Source: Octopus sinensis (taxonomy: Eukaryota). Taken from it: a DNA stretch of 64,000 bases. Under the pieces are notes generated by a model. That model was not told the origin of the DNA. It made no database searches and worked only from the letters and a program-made list of their open reading frames with translations. Position numbers and translations under genes: made by a program. Position 1 is the first letter of the stretch; each line of letters starts with the position of its first letter. Positions 48,197 to 62,340 of the stretch are shown here, in pieces. The stretch spans positions 15,624,001-15,688,000 of the forward strand of contig NC_043021.1 in the NCBI RefSeq assembly GCF_006345805.1, written 5' to 3'.

Positions 48197-49360
48197 CTAT
48201 GAATGCGTGTTTGTTTTTATGTGAAGTTACATATAAAAACAATTTAACATTACATTGAAGAATTGTTCAGTACTTTTTAGTGAAGTACATTTAGCAAGCT
48301 TTTATGAGGAGAATGTTGACAGTAACTTTGAAGTTTCAGCTTGCTCGTCTTCATCAGATTGTATTATACATGTGTGGTGTGGTGTGATCTGTGAGTATAC
48401 GTGCTGTATAGGTGAATGGACCTGAGAAGACCTACCATGTGCAAGCAATGTTGGACTGAACAAAACTGTAAAGTCAGGGCAATCCGTGCAATAAGCACTA
48501 CAGGATGATGATGGTAGCTGAATGGTTAAGAAGTTTGTTTTGCAATCTTGATGTCCCAGGTTCTATCCCCCTGTGTGGCATCTTTGGAAAAAGCCTTTTT
48601 CAGTAACCTCGAGTCGACCCATACTTTGTGAGTGAAAGTGCTTTTACTAATGTCCCCATTAGTGGTTGACATTGCCGATGTTATTGGTTGGCCACAACCC
48701 CTGACAGAAGTGTCGCTGTTTTTTTTTGGTGATGGGGGATGGGATTTGAACTCAGAACATGCGGAGCTGGAGTAGACATCACAAGGCAGCCTGTCTGACA
48801 CACTAACAATTCTGACTCTCCATTTTCATGGACTGTTGCATTTTTTGTTAACGATCCCAAAAGCATGAAAGGCAAAATTGACCCCGATTGGATTTGATCT
48901 CAGTACACAAGGAGTCAGAGCAACTACTGCAGGCATTCCATTCAACATGCTAACAACTTTACCAATTAATGTTTTTTTCTTTCATTTTTTTGATATAATC
49001 AAATAATTATTAAATGTTTGTCTCGGAATATAATACTGAATATCAAATTATAAATACTAGATTTTTTGGGTTTTTTTGGTGTTTTTCTTAAAATTTCCTT
49101 AAATTAAATTATGTGCATTTTTGTTGGTGGCGGGGAATTTAACGCTGTCATTAATTACGTTATTCTAATTAAAATGTCTGTGTTTAAACTTACATCATTT
49201 AAACGAATATAAATTTGTCTATATATTTGTGCACAGTTTAATTGTATGTTATTGACGAAACAAAAATAATTAATTCTCTCCTCACTATGCTCTCATCTTT
49301 CAACTTGCTCCACTCTGTATATAGAGTATATCATATGTATCCCTATATATATATATATAG

Positions 49361-49417
<57 letters not shown>

Positions 49418-49755
49418 CATACACACACAAATTTATATGTGAATGTATATATACATATATATATATACACACACACACGTGCGTATATTATATATACGTG
49501 TATATATGTAAGTGTATACAAACATACATTTGCACTAACACACACACACATACACTCTATCCCTCTCTTTCTCTCTCTCCAATACTTACATCCACATCAT
49601 CTCAGCAACACTGACCCTCTTCTCCCCCCTCTCTCTCTCTCTCTCCCTCTCCTTTATTAGCCCCCATCATTTTACAATCTCCTTATTTTTTTTTTCATTT
49701 TTTCTGCTGTTTGCCATTTTTTTTTAATATCTCTTTTTCACAAACTGCTCTCCAG

Positions 49756-49770
49756 GAAAAATCAGACTTG
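49756..49770 (+). CDS. Candidate 15-nt numb microexon (EKSDL)
   Basis: ctctttttcacaaactgctctccag|GAAAAATCAGACTTG|gtaagc; frame-preserving, open in phase 0, within non-repetitive sequence. No transcript evidence. Confidence 0.35.
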
Positions 49771-50799
49771 GTAAGCCACTCTTTAATTCCGTTTCTTTTA
49801 ATGTATTCAACATGTGTTTGCTTCTTCTTCTTCTTCTCCTCCTTCTTCTCATTCTTTCTTTCTTTCTTCCTGATCTTGATCGTGTCTTTTGCTTCTTGGA
49901 ATTTGGAAACCTCAACCAGTATTTGTTTGAGACTGGGCTGAAGTAGATTGCACTTGTTCCAGTAACCGGTCCTTTCCGTCCGTCTGTTTGTTTTGTTTTT
50001 GATAAGTCATGATGTGTGTTTGTATGTTTTCTTTTGTAAACCATTAACCACTGGTGTTAATTAATTAATTAGTGCTCTTCATACTCTAATACTTTGTGGT
50101 CAGTTTATCGGATAGTATTTTGGCCACCCCCTAATAAAACTGCCCTTCGTCTAATAACAGCTTCCATTACATTCAAAAACAGAGTCTGAGTGTATGCGTG
50201 TGTGTATATACAGTGTGTACACACACACATACTTACGTACACACACATACACACAAACAATCATACAACACATGCATGTACATACACACATACTGAAAAC
50301 TATGTCTTCAGCATCTTGCTGTTTAACATGCAAATATTTGTCCCCTTAACTTAACCCTAGCTGTCCCTTCCTGGTGGCATGTACCATGCTTTCACTAGTT
50401 TTTTAGGGGCCTGTGTAGTCACAAGCAAACACAGATAACCCCATCCTCTCACGGCGTTCCTAGCCTTGACAGCAAACCATGAAGATAAGAATGAAATCTT
50501 GTTCTGACAATGTTACAATGCAAAACTGTGTGGACGACTGTGGAAAACCCAGTTTTTCCACTGTTGTTGCTTTTGTTATTATAATCACTCCATGTTCTGG
50601 ATTAATTACCATAGAAACCATAGCCGTTGCTGGTGAACAGATATGACTTGACAGAATGTATCATGGTTTTGCTGATTGTTTTAAGGGGTCTATGTAATTA
50701 GAAATCCTAAATAGACAAAGACATGCTCTCAGCTTCCTACCCTTCGTGCAACAGAATATCAAGGATGTGACATTTTATTTATATATAGAGGGTAAAGAT

Positions 50800-51135
50800 A
50801 CACCCCCTGCTCAGTCATGAATGACCATGGGGGTCATACCTAGAAAGTTCCTCTCTGAGGCACAAGTCTAGGCAAGGTTGTTTATGGAAGACCAGCAGTC
50901 ACCCATGCATACCAGCCTCCTCTTCTCTCCATGCCACTGATGTTATCCAAGGGAAAGGCAAAGGCCAATACAGCTTGGCACCAGTGATGTCACAACTTAT
51001 TTCTACAGCTGAGTGAACTGGAGCAACATGAAATAAATTGTCATGCTCAAGAACACAACAGACAGTTCAGTCTAGGAATCGAACTCACTACCTCGTGACT
51101 GTGAGCCTGCCACTCTAACCACTAAGCCATGTGCT
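50800..51135 (-). mobile_element. SINE family F
   Basis: High similarity to 18900-19235. Confidence 0.85.
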
Positions 51136-54100
51136 TTTACACACACGCACACACATACAGTGCAGTATGTTGTGAAGGAGATTTGACTGTTGTTTCTAGG
51201 CCTTTGCACCCACAAGCAGATACAGAAATGCTCTCAGCCTTGGCCCAGTAGAATGTTGAAGATGTGACATCTGGGGGTGGAGTTAGGTCTGCTTTAGTAC
51301 TCAGTAGATTGTAGCAACATGAAATGAACTGCTTTGCTCAAGGCCACAACAAACCACCCAATCCAGGGATTGAAACCCCTTGTCCTGCTGATCAGGAACC
51401 AAGCACGTTAAACCCTAGGCTATGCACCTGTTCCCTTGTCGAGTGCAAAGTTGATGTTTAAAACAACTTGACGGATAGGCTTTGGCTTAGCTGTACAGTG
51501 AAGAAGGTTACTCCACAGCCCCAGGATTTCAGGATCAATCTCACTGCATGGCATCTTGGGCCAATAACTTCTCATTTAACCTCAGCTTTACTAATGCCTG
51601 GTGAGTGAAATTTGGTGAATGGAAACTGTGCAGAAACCTGTCATATCTTATATGTGTGCGCGATAGAAATCATATCTATACATATGAGTGTTTGATAGAG
51701 ATCAATAAAATAAGAACCAGGATGGCTATGATTGACCAATACAGTTCAATATTGTGCTTCAGCATGGCCACAGTCGAATTTACTAACACCTGTAAAAGTC
51801 TAACAAAATACCTGCATTTGTATTGTTCATATTTTGATAGGGTCTGGGGACCTGTAAAAGGCTACTAAATAAGCCCTTAGTACATAATTCCATTACACAT
51901 ACACACACACACACACATGAGCTGAGCTGCCCCCCCTCCCTCCTCCTCTCTTTCTGTCTCTCTCTCTCTCCTTTTTTCCTTTACAAGAACTCATTATCAG
52001 GATCAAAGTCATCTCTATTCTGTACTCCTCAATTCATTACAAAAACTACCTTTATCCCCACCCCCATCCCCCATTATAACACCACCACACATTAACAAAC
52101 AACCCTCTTCTCATTAATATAATAAGTCATCAGGGGTTTTTTTTGTTGCTGCTGCTGCTGCTGTTGTTGTTGTTGTCTTTTTTGAAACAGTAGGAAACAT
52201 TAACAATGCCTGCCATTAAATATAGCATGGATATCTTGCTTTTATTCCAAATTCTCCTCATTGTTGATGTTGTTGTTATTATCATCGTCATCATCATCAT
52301 CATTATTATTATTATTATTATTAATTTCACCCTCATCTCCACTGAATGCCTCTTCTATGCATGACTGTTGTTTGTAACTGCTCGATCTGTAGTGTTTGTA
52401 ACATTTCTTAGTTGTAACCTAGTATGAATGCCATTCCTTTCCCATTCCTCTTGAAGGAAACATAATGTTTTTTTTTTGTGTGTATTGTCTTACATGTTTC
52501 AGCCCCTAAGGCTGTGGCACAGCCAGTGAGCGTGAGTTGTTTTTAATTGGCACCTATCAAACTGACTACTCAATTTGATAAATGCCAAGCATGAAACTCT
52601 CAGCTCTCGAGTAATGTTTTGTAACTTTCTGCCAATTTAAAAATAATCAAAAAAAAGTTAAGACGGTTACAGCTAGAATGCCCTTAATTGCAGGTCTGTT
52701 AGATCAGGGTTGCTCCAGGGTTAACGTATCTGGATTAATGGTTACAGATGTTGAAGGGCATAAGCTTGAAACATCAATGACTTTTCCATTGTTCTCAAGC
52801 GTCAAACTAATACACCTGCTTGTTGTTCTCTCAATTGTCTCTGTCTTTTGTTTTCTGTACGTTTGAACAAGAATAACCCTTTGGTGAAGTCAAGTGAAGT
52901 AAGTTGGTTCCAAGGAACACCTCGACAATGTGCTGGGAGTCCTGGATTATATCGGGGTCTTTTAGCATCAGATCCCCTTTTCCTTCCCAATTGACCCCTG
53001 TTAGGTTGTCCAAGCCCCAGCTTACAGCACCAATGGGTCTGCTTTTCCTTATATATATATATATATAAAGAGTTATTGATGTTCAACATTAACTGAATGG
53101 AAGAAGGGGTGACTACTGCAGAATAAAGAATTCCCATGGAGGGGGTGGGTATATATATTTCATTTGAAGAAATAACCCCCAGAAGTCACCACTTACTTTT
53201 GTCGATAACCTCTCTCTCTCTCTTTCATTTCTATGGAACTTCTTTCACAACTTCAGCAGCTGAATAACTGTGGTTTTTATTATTATTACTATTATTACTA
53301 TTATTAGGGTGGCAAGCTGGCAGAATTGTTAGCATGCTGGGCAAACTGCTTAGCAGCATTTTGTCTGTCTTTACGTTCTGAGTTCAAATTCCACCGAGGT
53401 CAACTTTGCCTTTCATGGGTCAATAAAATAAGTACCAGTTGAGCACTGGGGTTAATGTAATTGACTTACCCCCCCCGACCCTAAAATTGCAGGCCTTGTG
53501 CCAAAATTTGAAGCCATTATTATTATTATTATTGCCCTAGTGGTAAATAAAAGAAATCAACATCATCATCATCATTATTATTATTATTACTACTACTATT
53601 TATTAAGGTGGTGAGCTGGCAGAAATCATTAGCGCGTTCTGAGTTCAAATTCTGCTGAGGTCGACTTTGCTTTTTATCCTTTCAGGGTTGATAAATTAAG
53701 CACCAGCTGAACACTGGCGTCGATGTAATCAACTCATCCCCACCTCTCCCAAGCTGCCCTTGTGGCAAAAATTTTAAATAATTATCATGAAGTGTGCAAG
53801 CTGGCAGAATCGTTAAGGCATCGGTCAAAATGCTTAGTCGCATTTCCTCTAAAATTTCTTCTTCCACTGCGTTAAAATTTCTCCAGTGTTGACTTTGCCT
53901 TTCATCCTCTTGGGGCCGATGAACTACAAACCTGTTGTGCACTTGCCTTGTGCCTATAGTAGAAAGGATTATTATGAGATTTATGGGCTGGGAGAATTGT
54001 TAATGCATCAGATAATATGCCTAGTGGTATTTCTTCTGGCTCATTACAGCCTGGGTCCACATTACTTGGCCTTTCTTTTGGAGTTGATAAAATAAAGTAC

Positions 54101-55175
54101 GAGTCAAGTACTGGGGTTGTTGCAATTGGCTTGCCGCCTCCCCTTCAGTTCTGTACGAGCCCTGTGTATGTAAAAAAAGTGAAAAAAAAGGTCTGGATAA
54201 CCAGTTCTGGAATGTTGTTGATATTACATCTATTCGGTTAAAGCTGACTTGGGGTGGGAAAAGGGTCTTAGCCACAACAATAACTCAAAGCAATATTACA
54301 GAATTATGTTTCAACATCACTTTGTTACTTAACGATCGCTATTATAAACACAGCAAATATTTACCATTATATACATTTGCTTTATTGAATTGTGTTTGTG
54401 GAACGATAATGGGTGCACACAGATTTTTTTTTTTTTCAAAGTTGCGTATATAATATTATTATAGTGTTGTGTTTGATTGAAGGTTTAACTAAAGCCAAGT
54501 TAACTGTCGAGTACAATGATCAATGCCATTAGTGTGAGAAACAATCTCGTTAATGTCTCTAACCTTTTGCTGGATTCCTGACAAGATTTCTGGTAATTTG
54601 TTCTTAATGTTTCCTATACAGCCTTTTCCGAAAGAAGTAATATTGGTTTCATTATTGTTCATTATTGTTGTAGATGTTCATCGACATTGCCCGGCCTTTT
54701 ATACGGCTCATTATGGATATTCATTTCGACAATTCTGTTTCATCTTCCCTTGTCTTCTACCTCCGTCGTTCACCTTTAAATAGACATTTGCGTTTCTAAA
54801 TAGATAAGCCGAGTATGTCAGATGGTCTTATCTCCTACTTTGTTCCCGGAAAATCACCAGAGAATTATCTTTTGATTATTGATTTCAAATATGATAGCTA
54901 ATCACTCTTCCTTTTTCTGTTTGGTTTTAGAAGTGAGGAAAAAGAAAATAGTTCGCTACACACCTTGCAGGACTCTATATGGCTGTGTAGTTAAAAAGTT
55001 TGCTTTCTGATCGTGGAGTTACAAATTCAGTTCAATAATTTATAACAGAAGACACTTAAGGTGTGTTACACAGTGGCACCATAGGCAAGTGTCTTCTATA
55101 ATAACTTTGATCCAATCAAAGCTTTGCATGTGGATTTAATAGATGGAAACTGAAAGAAGCCCTTCATATATATCG

Positions 55176-55562
55176 GCACAGGAGTGGCTGTGTGGTAAGT
55201 AGTTTGCTTACCAACCACATGGTTCCAGGTTCAATCCCACTGCATGGCATCTTGGGCAAATGTCTTCTACTATAGCCTCGGGCCGACCAAAGCCTTGTGA
55301 GTGGATTTGGTAGATGGAAACTGAAAGAAGCCCGTCGTATATATGTATATATACATATGTGTTTGTGTGTCTGTGTTTGTCCCCTTAGCACTGCTTGACA
55401 ACCGATGCTGGTGTGTTTATGTCCCCGTCACTTAGCGGTTCGGCAAAAGAGACCGATAGAATAAGTACTAGGCTTACAAAGAATAAGTCGCGGGGGCGAT
55501 TTGCTCGACTAAAGGCGGTGCTCCAGCATGGCCGCAGTCAAATGACTGAAACAAGTAAAAAG
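55176..55562 (+). mobile_element. SINE family B
   Basis: Consensus match. Confidence 0.9.
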
Positions 55563-56271
55563 GAAAGAAAAAAGAAAGAAGTGTGTGTGTGTGCATTTCC
55601 TTGCCCTGACAACATGTGATGATTGGAAACAAACTTCCAATGTTTTGTGAAAAAAGTATCTGGCCATAAAGGGAAATATTACACTGTTTGCAAACAGCTA
55701 TGGGTTGGTGACTGGACGAGCATCTGGCTGAAGAAAATTGTCTCAGTGAATTCTGTCTGACCCATAAAAGCATGGAAAAGTAGATGTTAAGTCGATGAGG
55801 ACGATCGTGTGTATGTGTAGTATTTCCCGTGTGTGCAGTTAGAGTGTACGACTGCCATTGGTGAACTTAGGGCTCCCCGTTGAGTGTCCTCAACCAGCCT
55901 ACTTCCAGTAAAGGGATGTGGTTACTACCATACTTTGCGTTGTTACTAGTTATGATATGCAGAGCAAATACAGGAAGAAGTATGATAAACACAAGACACA
56001 GTTTGTACCGTTTGTTTCCTGTCTACATTCCTAATTAATCACAAGCAGGCAAAGACATGTTCTTGGCATTCCTACACACGACTGAAAAGAATATGAAGGA
56101 TGTGACAGTGTATACACGTGTTCTGTTTGAAAAATAAACTGCCTGCCTCAGTTGTTGACTGCCATGACACTGCATCCTTTAAGGCCCTCATGCTTTCCGA
56201 AATCCACCGAAACTACACCTGATTATATATACACTTTAGATGAGTTGTAGTGCACCTGAGCACTATACACA

Positions 56272-56304
<33 letters not shown>

Positions 56305-57934
56305 AGACCGTAGAGTATGATATGAAGGATGAGATTTGGTTGTTGTTTCTAGTAAGTTTAGCAACCATCTAGTGACTTTACGATTGTATGCGTAACGTGC
56401 AGCTGCACTGATTAGATTTTTGCATGCTAACATGGAGACAGTGAGTAAATTTAGAATAAAAATAAAATGCACATACCACATCGTGTATAGTGCAGAGAAA
56501 TTAGTGAACTTAGTTCTCGTGTCTCAAGTGCACATGCACGGAACCAAGTACACTCGGTTCCGGCACAGTAAGGGTTACAATTGTTGACCTTTATTTATAT
56601 CTTTATGTTTCAACGAGGCCAAAATATGAATTGATAATCAGGTCAGTCTCGCTTTTACATAATTGATTATTGGCTGAACTATTTAGCTAAGCCAGCTTAT
56701 CCCCTGCATAGATTTAGCAGCTTAGAGCCAAGACTGTTTAGCTGTTATGACTGCACTCTTCTACTTGCGCTAATAATCTTGCAGTGGTGGATAAACGTAG
56801 CGGATTGGCTGAACCGGTGGAGCATCGGTGAAAATGCTTTGCAGTATTTGTTCCAGCGCTTCAGGTTCTGAACTTAAATTCTGCCAAGGCTTAACTTTTC
56901 ATCTTTCCAGGAAGTGTATTTAATATAGTACCAGTCATATACTGAGGACTGATTTCCTCAGATATATCTTTCTCGCTCTCTTGATCAGGTTTACTTGATC
57001 AAGACTAGCCTAGGGCTAAACAACAGCAGAGATTGGAAGGCTTGGCAATGGCTCAATATGGCCCTTTGTTTTCTTTGATGACTTGCAAATGGTGGAATTC
57101 ACCAAATTTTATAATCAGTCTTTATTCATTATTCTTCTTCCTTTCAAACTTTATTTCAGATCTTTAGTCATCTCAAAACTTACCAAACTGCATTACGGTT
57201 TATAAAATTACTGTTCTTGGAACAATTAACTTCATTTTTTTTTTTTGTTAGTTGAACAGTTTTCATTCACCCACCTCTCTTCTAAGTTCTGAGTAGCCAT
57301 GTAGCTTCCCTGCAGCAAGAAACTGCTCTTCTTCCTCCTCACATATTCTCTTGTACTCTAGCATAAAAGGCCCCTTCATTGGGGTCTGTAGTATTTCAAG
57401 CAGCATGGTGACCTCACTAATGCTAGTGGTATGAAAGAAAGCACCCAGTACATGCTGTAAAGTGATTGGTGTTATGAAGGACATCCAACTGCAGAAACCA
57501 TGCCAAAGCAGACACTGGAGTACAATGCAGTCCATGCACCCATCAGATCCCGTCAAACTGTCCAACTCATGTCAACATTAAATATGCACGCTAAATGACG
57601 GGGGTTTACCTCTCCTCTTCATTTCAATTTGTTTGATCTCTGATCATCATCAGGCGTTTTATTCCTTGGTTCATATAAGATACAGTCTGAACTTGAACTA
57701 AGAACCTTGATTTCTAAACTGAATGTTAATTCCTCCATCAAATGTTGCGTCTACACTTGGTTTAACTAAGTGACTTAAGGGAGATTAAAAAAAAATAGTG
57801 GTGATGAAGTGTCAGGGTGGATCCTCAAAGTGTGAGGTGGGTAGAAGTGAATGGGGGAAGGAGGGTAAGAATGTGAGAGGGTGAGAGATGGTTAGAGTCA
57901 AGGAATGGGTGAGGGAGTGAATATAATGAAAAAC

Positions 57935-58165
57935 AGCTGGCAGAAACCTCAGTACGCCGGGGCGAAATGCTTAGCGGTATTTCGTCTGCCACTACGTTCT
58001 GAGTTCAAATTCCGCCGAGGTTGACTTTGCCTTTCGTCCTTTCGGGGTCGATAAATTAAGTACCAGTTACGCACTGGGGTCGATCTAATCGACTTAATCC
58101 CTTTGTCTGTCCTTGTTTGTCCCCCTCTATGTTTAGCCCCTTGTGGGTAGTAAAGAAATAGGTAT
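57935..58165 (+). mobile_element. SINE family A
   Basis: Consensus match; ends aaagaaata-ggtat. Confidence 0.88.
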
Positions 58166-58941
58166 ATAGGAAACAGGGGAGAGTAGGTGACAACTGTAGA
58201 GTCCACAAATTTATAAAGTCTTAATAAATTTCGGAAACCTTGTTATCTTGGCAAGTAACAGCATGTTAGTTTAAATTCTTCTTTATGTTCTTCCTTTTAT
58301 GCATCAGAAATCAGTACTGAAAATGATAATCAATAACCAATTACTATTGGTACGTAACTAAAAATTCTAATGTAACTTCAATACACAAGACATGCTCTTC
58401 TCTGTTGACAGACGTTGTCTACCATTAAATTTTATTTGACAAATACAGTATTACATTAGCATTTGATCGAGATGTTTGATAATACAAGGAAGGATATGGT
58501 AGCTTAACAAAAGCATGACATGATATGTATTCTAAACAAAAAATGATTTTATTCACCTCTTTGCTTCAAATATTTTCCCTCTCCTTGGCTGCTTGTATAT
58601 TTATTTTTACCTCATTTTGGAATGATACAGAATGCCACAGTTTTTTTCTGCATGATGTCAATGAGATTGGAGACGTGTGGTTCAATTGTTTGCATACCGT
58701 AGAGTTATGAAGCAACTTGATGTTAGATTCATGGTTGGTGTTGTTCCTTTTTGTTCCGTAGTGTTGTTGGGTGGGCAGGTGAGCCTTATATATACATACA
58801 TACATATATATATATAATATATATATTTATATATATATATATATATATATATGTACATGCATATATGTTATGTGGTTTGTATATGTATACTGTAGATATG
58901 TTTTTTGTCTGTATTAATATACATAAAAATACATTTACTGT

Positions 58942-58989
<48 letters not shown>

Positions 58990-59384
58990 ATATATGCACA
59001 CGCATTTATGCAATAAAGTAATAGTCCTTAACTAATGTTATTTTCAGTTTTCCAGCAAGCACACGAGACAACTTCCAACAAGTTTTGGTCTTATACTGAC
59101 CTCCTCAGTGAGGCATAGTTTTCACAATGTGTGTCTGTATATAAATCTATAAACATGTGTATACATATATATCATTTGTTCCATTGCTAGTCAAAGTTTT
59201 TGCTGTCTGTGGTCATTCACGCAGTGAGAAGATGAATTCTCTTTTGTTGCTTGAAGAGCTGTACACACTGAGAAACTCTGAGTAGCAGTGAAGAAAATCA
59301 CCAGCTTCATACAATTAAATTCATTCTATATGTTTTGAGTACCATTTGTCCATCCAAATGTGTGTGTATATCTATGTATGTATA

Positions 59385-59427
<43 letters not shown>

Positions 59428-60607
59428 ATATATATATATATATACACACACAGATACTACCATCACTACTACTGCTAATAATAATAAAAATTCAAGTCGG
59501 TCATACCTTCCTGTTTTGCATGTGCAGAGGTTGACTTTCATTCCCACCCAGGTATGTTTCAATGATATTTTTTCAGTTTTCCATACCAGTGACTACTGGC
59601 AACATTTATAATCTCAGATGTTGTAAAATCAACCCTGCTGGAAATAGCAGCCAAATATCTATCCGCTGCATCAGAACACCTGTTCTCGTTAAAACTTTGA
59701 ATATGTCGATTTAAGCATATCTTTATGAATTTTTATAAATTCAAAAAAAAAAATGTTTCTATACGCTCTTGTCTATCTACCTGTCTCTCTACCTAGTTAT
59801 ATTGACCTGTCTTTTTAATGTATCTATTTACCTGTCTATCTCTTTACTTACACAGCTACCTGTCTATCTACGTATATATCTATCTACCTCGTTATTTATC
59901 TGTCTGCTTAAGTATGTATCTGTTTATGCCTACCTTTCTGTCTATATCACAGATAGACCACCCCTCCCTCACAACAAATGGAGTGGTCATTACTGGAATG
60001 ACTATCAACAAAACATTGAATCACCTGAGAGGTTCAACAAGAACAGTCCATCTATCTGTTTGTCTGTCTACCTGTCTATTGATTATCTGTTTATCTATAC
60101 TACTACCATCCTCTCTCTGTGGCTATGGCCAGGAAGCATTTCGCCATAGGTCTGCTCAATCAGGGTTCATCTACAACAAATACACATTGACACATACATA
60201 CAACGTATGTTGTGTTGTGGCATAATATTTGCACAAAAATCTGACAAAATTAGTCGTAAATGATTATCTGCCCCTTTCGCCATTTCGCTATCTCTCCCCC
60301 CCCTCTCTCTCTCTCACACACACAGAGCTAAATACATGCTTTATATAGATATAGCTATAGATATATTTATGCATGTATGTATTTAATGGAAGTACACACA
60401 ATAATTAATCATCGTAAACAAATTCCAGTTTCATAAATGAATATGCTTTCTTTAAAGCAGCATGTTCAGTTCTCTGGCTTGACACAGTCTTCAGGATTGT
60501 CAAACCCTCCCAAACCATTCTATCCATGCCAGCATGGAAGCCAGGCATTAAATGATGATGTGTATGAATATTTATATATACATACATATACATATACATA
60601 TACATAT

Positions 60608-60649
<42 letters not shown>

Positions 60650-60653
<4 letters not shown>

Positions 60654-61050
60654 TCTTTTACTTGTTTCAGTCATTTGACTGTGGCCATGCTGAAGCACCA
60701 CCTTTAGTCGAGAAAATCAATCCCGGGACTTATTCTTTGTAAGCCTAGTACTTACTCTATCGGTCTCTTAAGTTACGTGGACGTAAACGCACCAGTATCG
60801 GTTGTCAGGCGATGTTGGAGGGGCAGACACAGACACACAAACATATACACACACATCCATATATATATATACATACATACATACATATGATGGGCTTCTT
60901 TCAGTTGCTGTCTACCAAATCCACTCACAAGGCTTTGGTTGACCCGAGGCTATAGTAGAAGACACTTGCCCAAGGTGCCACGCAGTGGGACTGAACCCGG
61001 AACCATGTGGTTGGTAAGCAAGCTACTTACCACACAGCCACTCCTGCACC
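60650..61050 (-). mobile_element. SINE family B
   Basis: Reverse complement match. Confidence 0.88.
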
Positions 61051-61939
61051 TATATATATATATATATATATATATAGCCAAGTGAAATTGTTGTGGCCAT
61101 TGCTGGTGTCGTGTAAATGGCACCTATGGAATCATAATCATGGCCGTTGAAGGTTGCAGGATCTTTGAATGTTGGGCCTCACAGAGGTGATAACAAGTGA
61201 CTGAGACCATGACAATATGCTGTGCTTGAGAAGACCTGCCAAGCCAAGTGAAACCATAGTGGTTGCCATTGCCGGTGTCACATAAAAAGCATACTTGGTG
61301 TGGTTGGCATTAGGAGGGGCATCCAGTTGTAGAAACCGTGCCAGATCAGACTGGAACCCCTGCTGCAGCTCTCTGGCTCAGCAGTTTCCAGTCAAACCAC
61401 CTAACCCATGCCAGAATGGAAAGCAGATGTCGAATGATGATGATATCTATGTATGTATGTAGGTATGTATATGTATGTATATATTAGCTGTAATGCCAAT
61501 TAGTATTGACAATTGAAGCAAATGACATTATTAAAGTACACAGGTATATACACCGACAGTGAGAAAGAGAGCAACAGTTCAATGAATAAAACAACAAGGT
61601 TACATTCGACCAACTATAAACAGAAACACATAAGTAATCCAATTAAGAAGCAAGAAACAGAAGGGTGAGCATGGGGGAAAGAGGGTGTTGTTGTTGGGGG
61701 TAACGTTGAGCTGTGAACCAGTTTCAGTTCAGTTCAAATGCTAATGAGGTCCTTGGGAAAAAAGAGGGGAGAGACTTCTGTTGCAGCACAAGCTTCTTGT
61801 TCTTTACTTTACCTGAAGTACACGGGGCACTGGCCTAACTATTCATCAGTGGTGGTGGTCACTGACCGTTAGCAGTCGGACAAAAAAAATGTTTCAGATA
61901 TTCGACTGAGATTATTTCGTGTGCATGAAAGAAGTGTGT

Positions 61940-61950
61940 GTATCTATCTA

Positions 61951-62042
<92 letters not shown>

Positions 62043-62266
62043 TACATATAGATCATATAGATATATATATATACATATAGATACATACATAAATATATAT
62101 ATACATACATATATATACGTATATATATATACATACATATACATACATATATATATATACACACACATATATATATATATACACACACACATATATATAT
62201 ACACACACACACACACATATATATATACACACACACACACATATATATATATACACACACACACAC

Positions 62267-62313
<47 letters not shown>

Positions 62314-62340
62314 TATATATATGTGTGTGTGTGTAGATAT
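61940..62340. repeat. Compound (TA)n/(TAGA)n/(CA)n microsatellite, representative of dozens in the window
   Basis: Direct reading. Confidence 0.95.

Noticed and set aside
52802-53137. Minus-strand ORFs in unique sequence
   Set aside because: No recognisable homology or exon structure, and the lengths are within chance expectation.
54533-54540. Su(H)/CSL site TGTGAGAA
   Set aside because: A single 8-mer is expected by chance in 64 kb, and it has no paired site.
59056-59107. 52-nt exon-like segment (also 34 nt at 11165-11198)
   Set aside because: Not frame-preserving and the donor of the 52-nt segment is weak; typical pseudo-exons.
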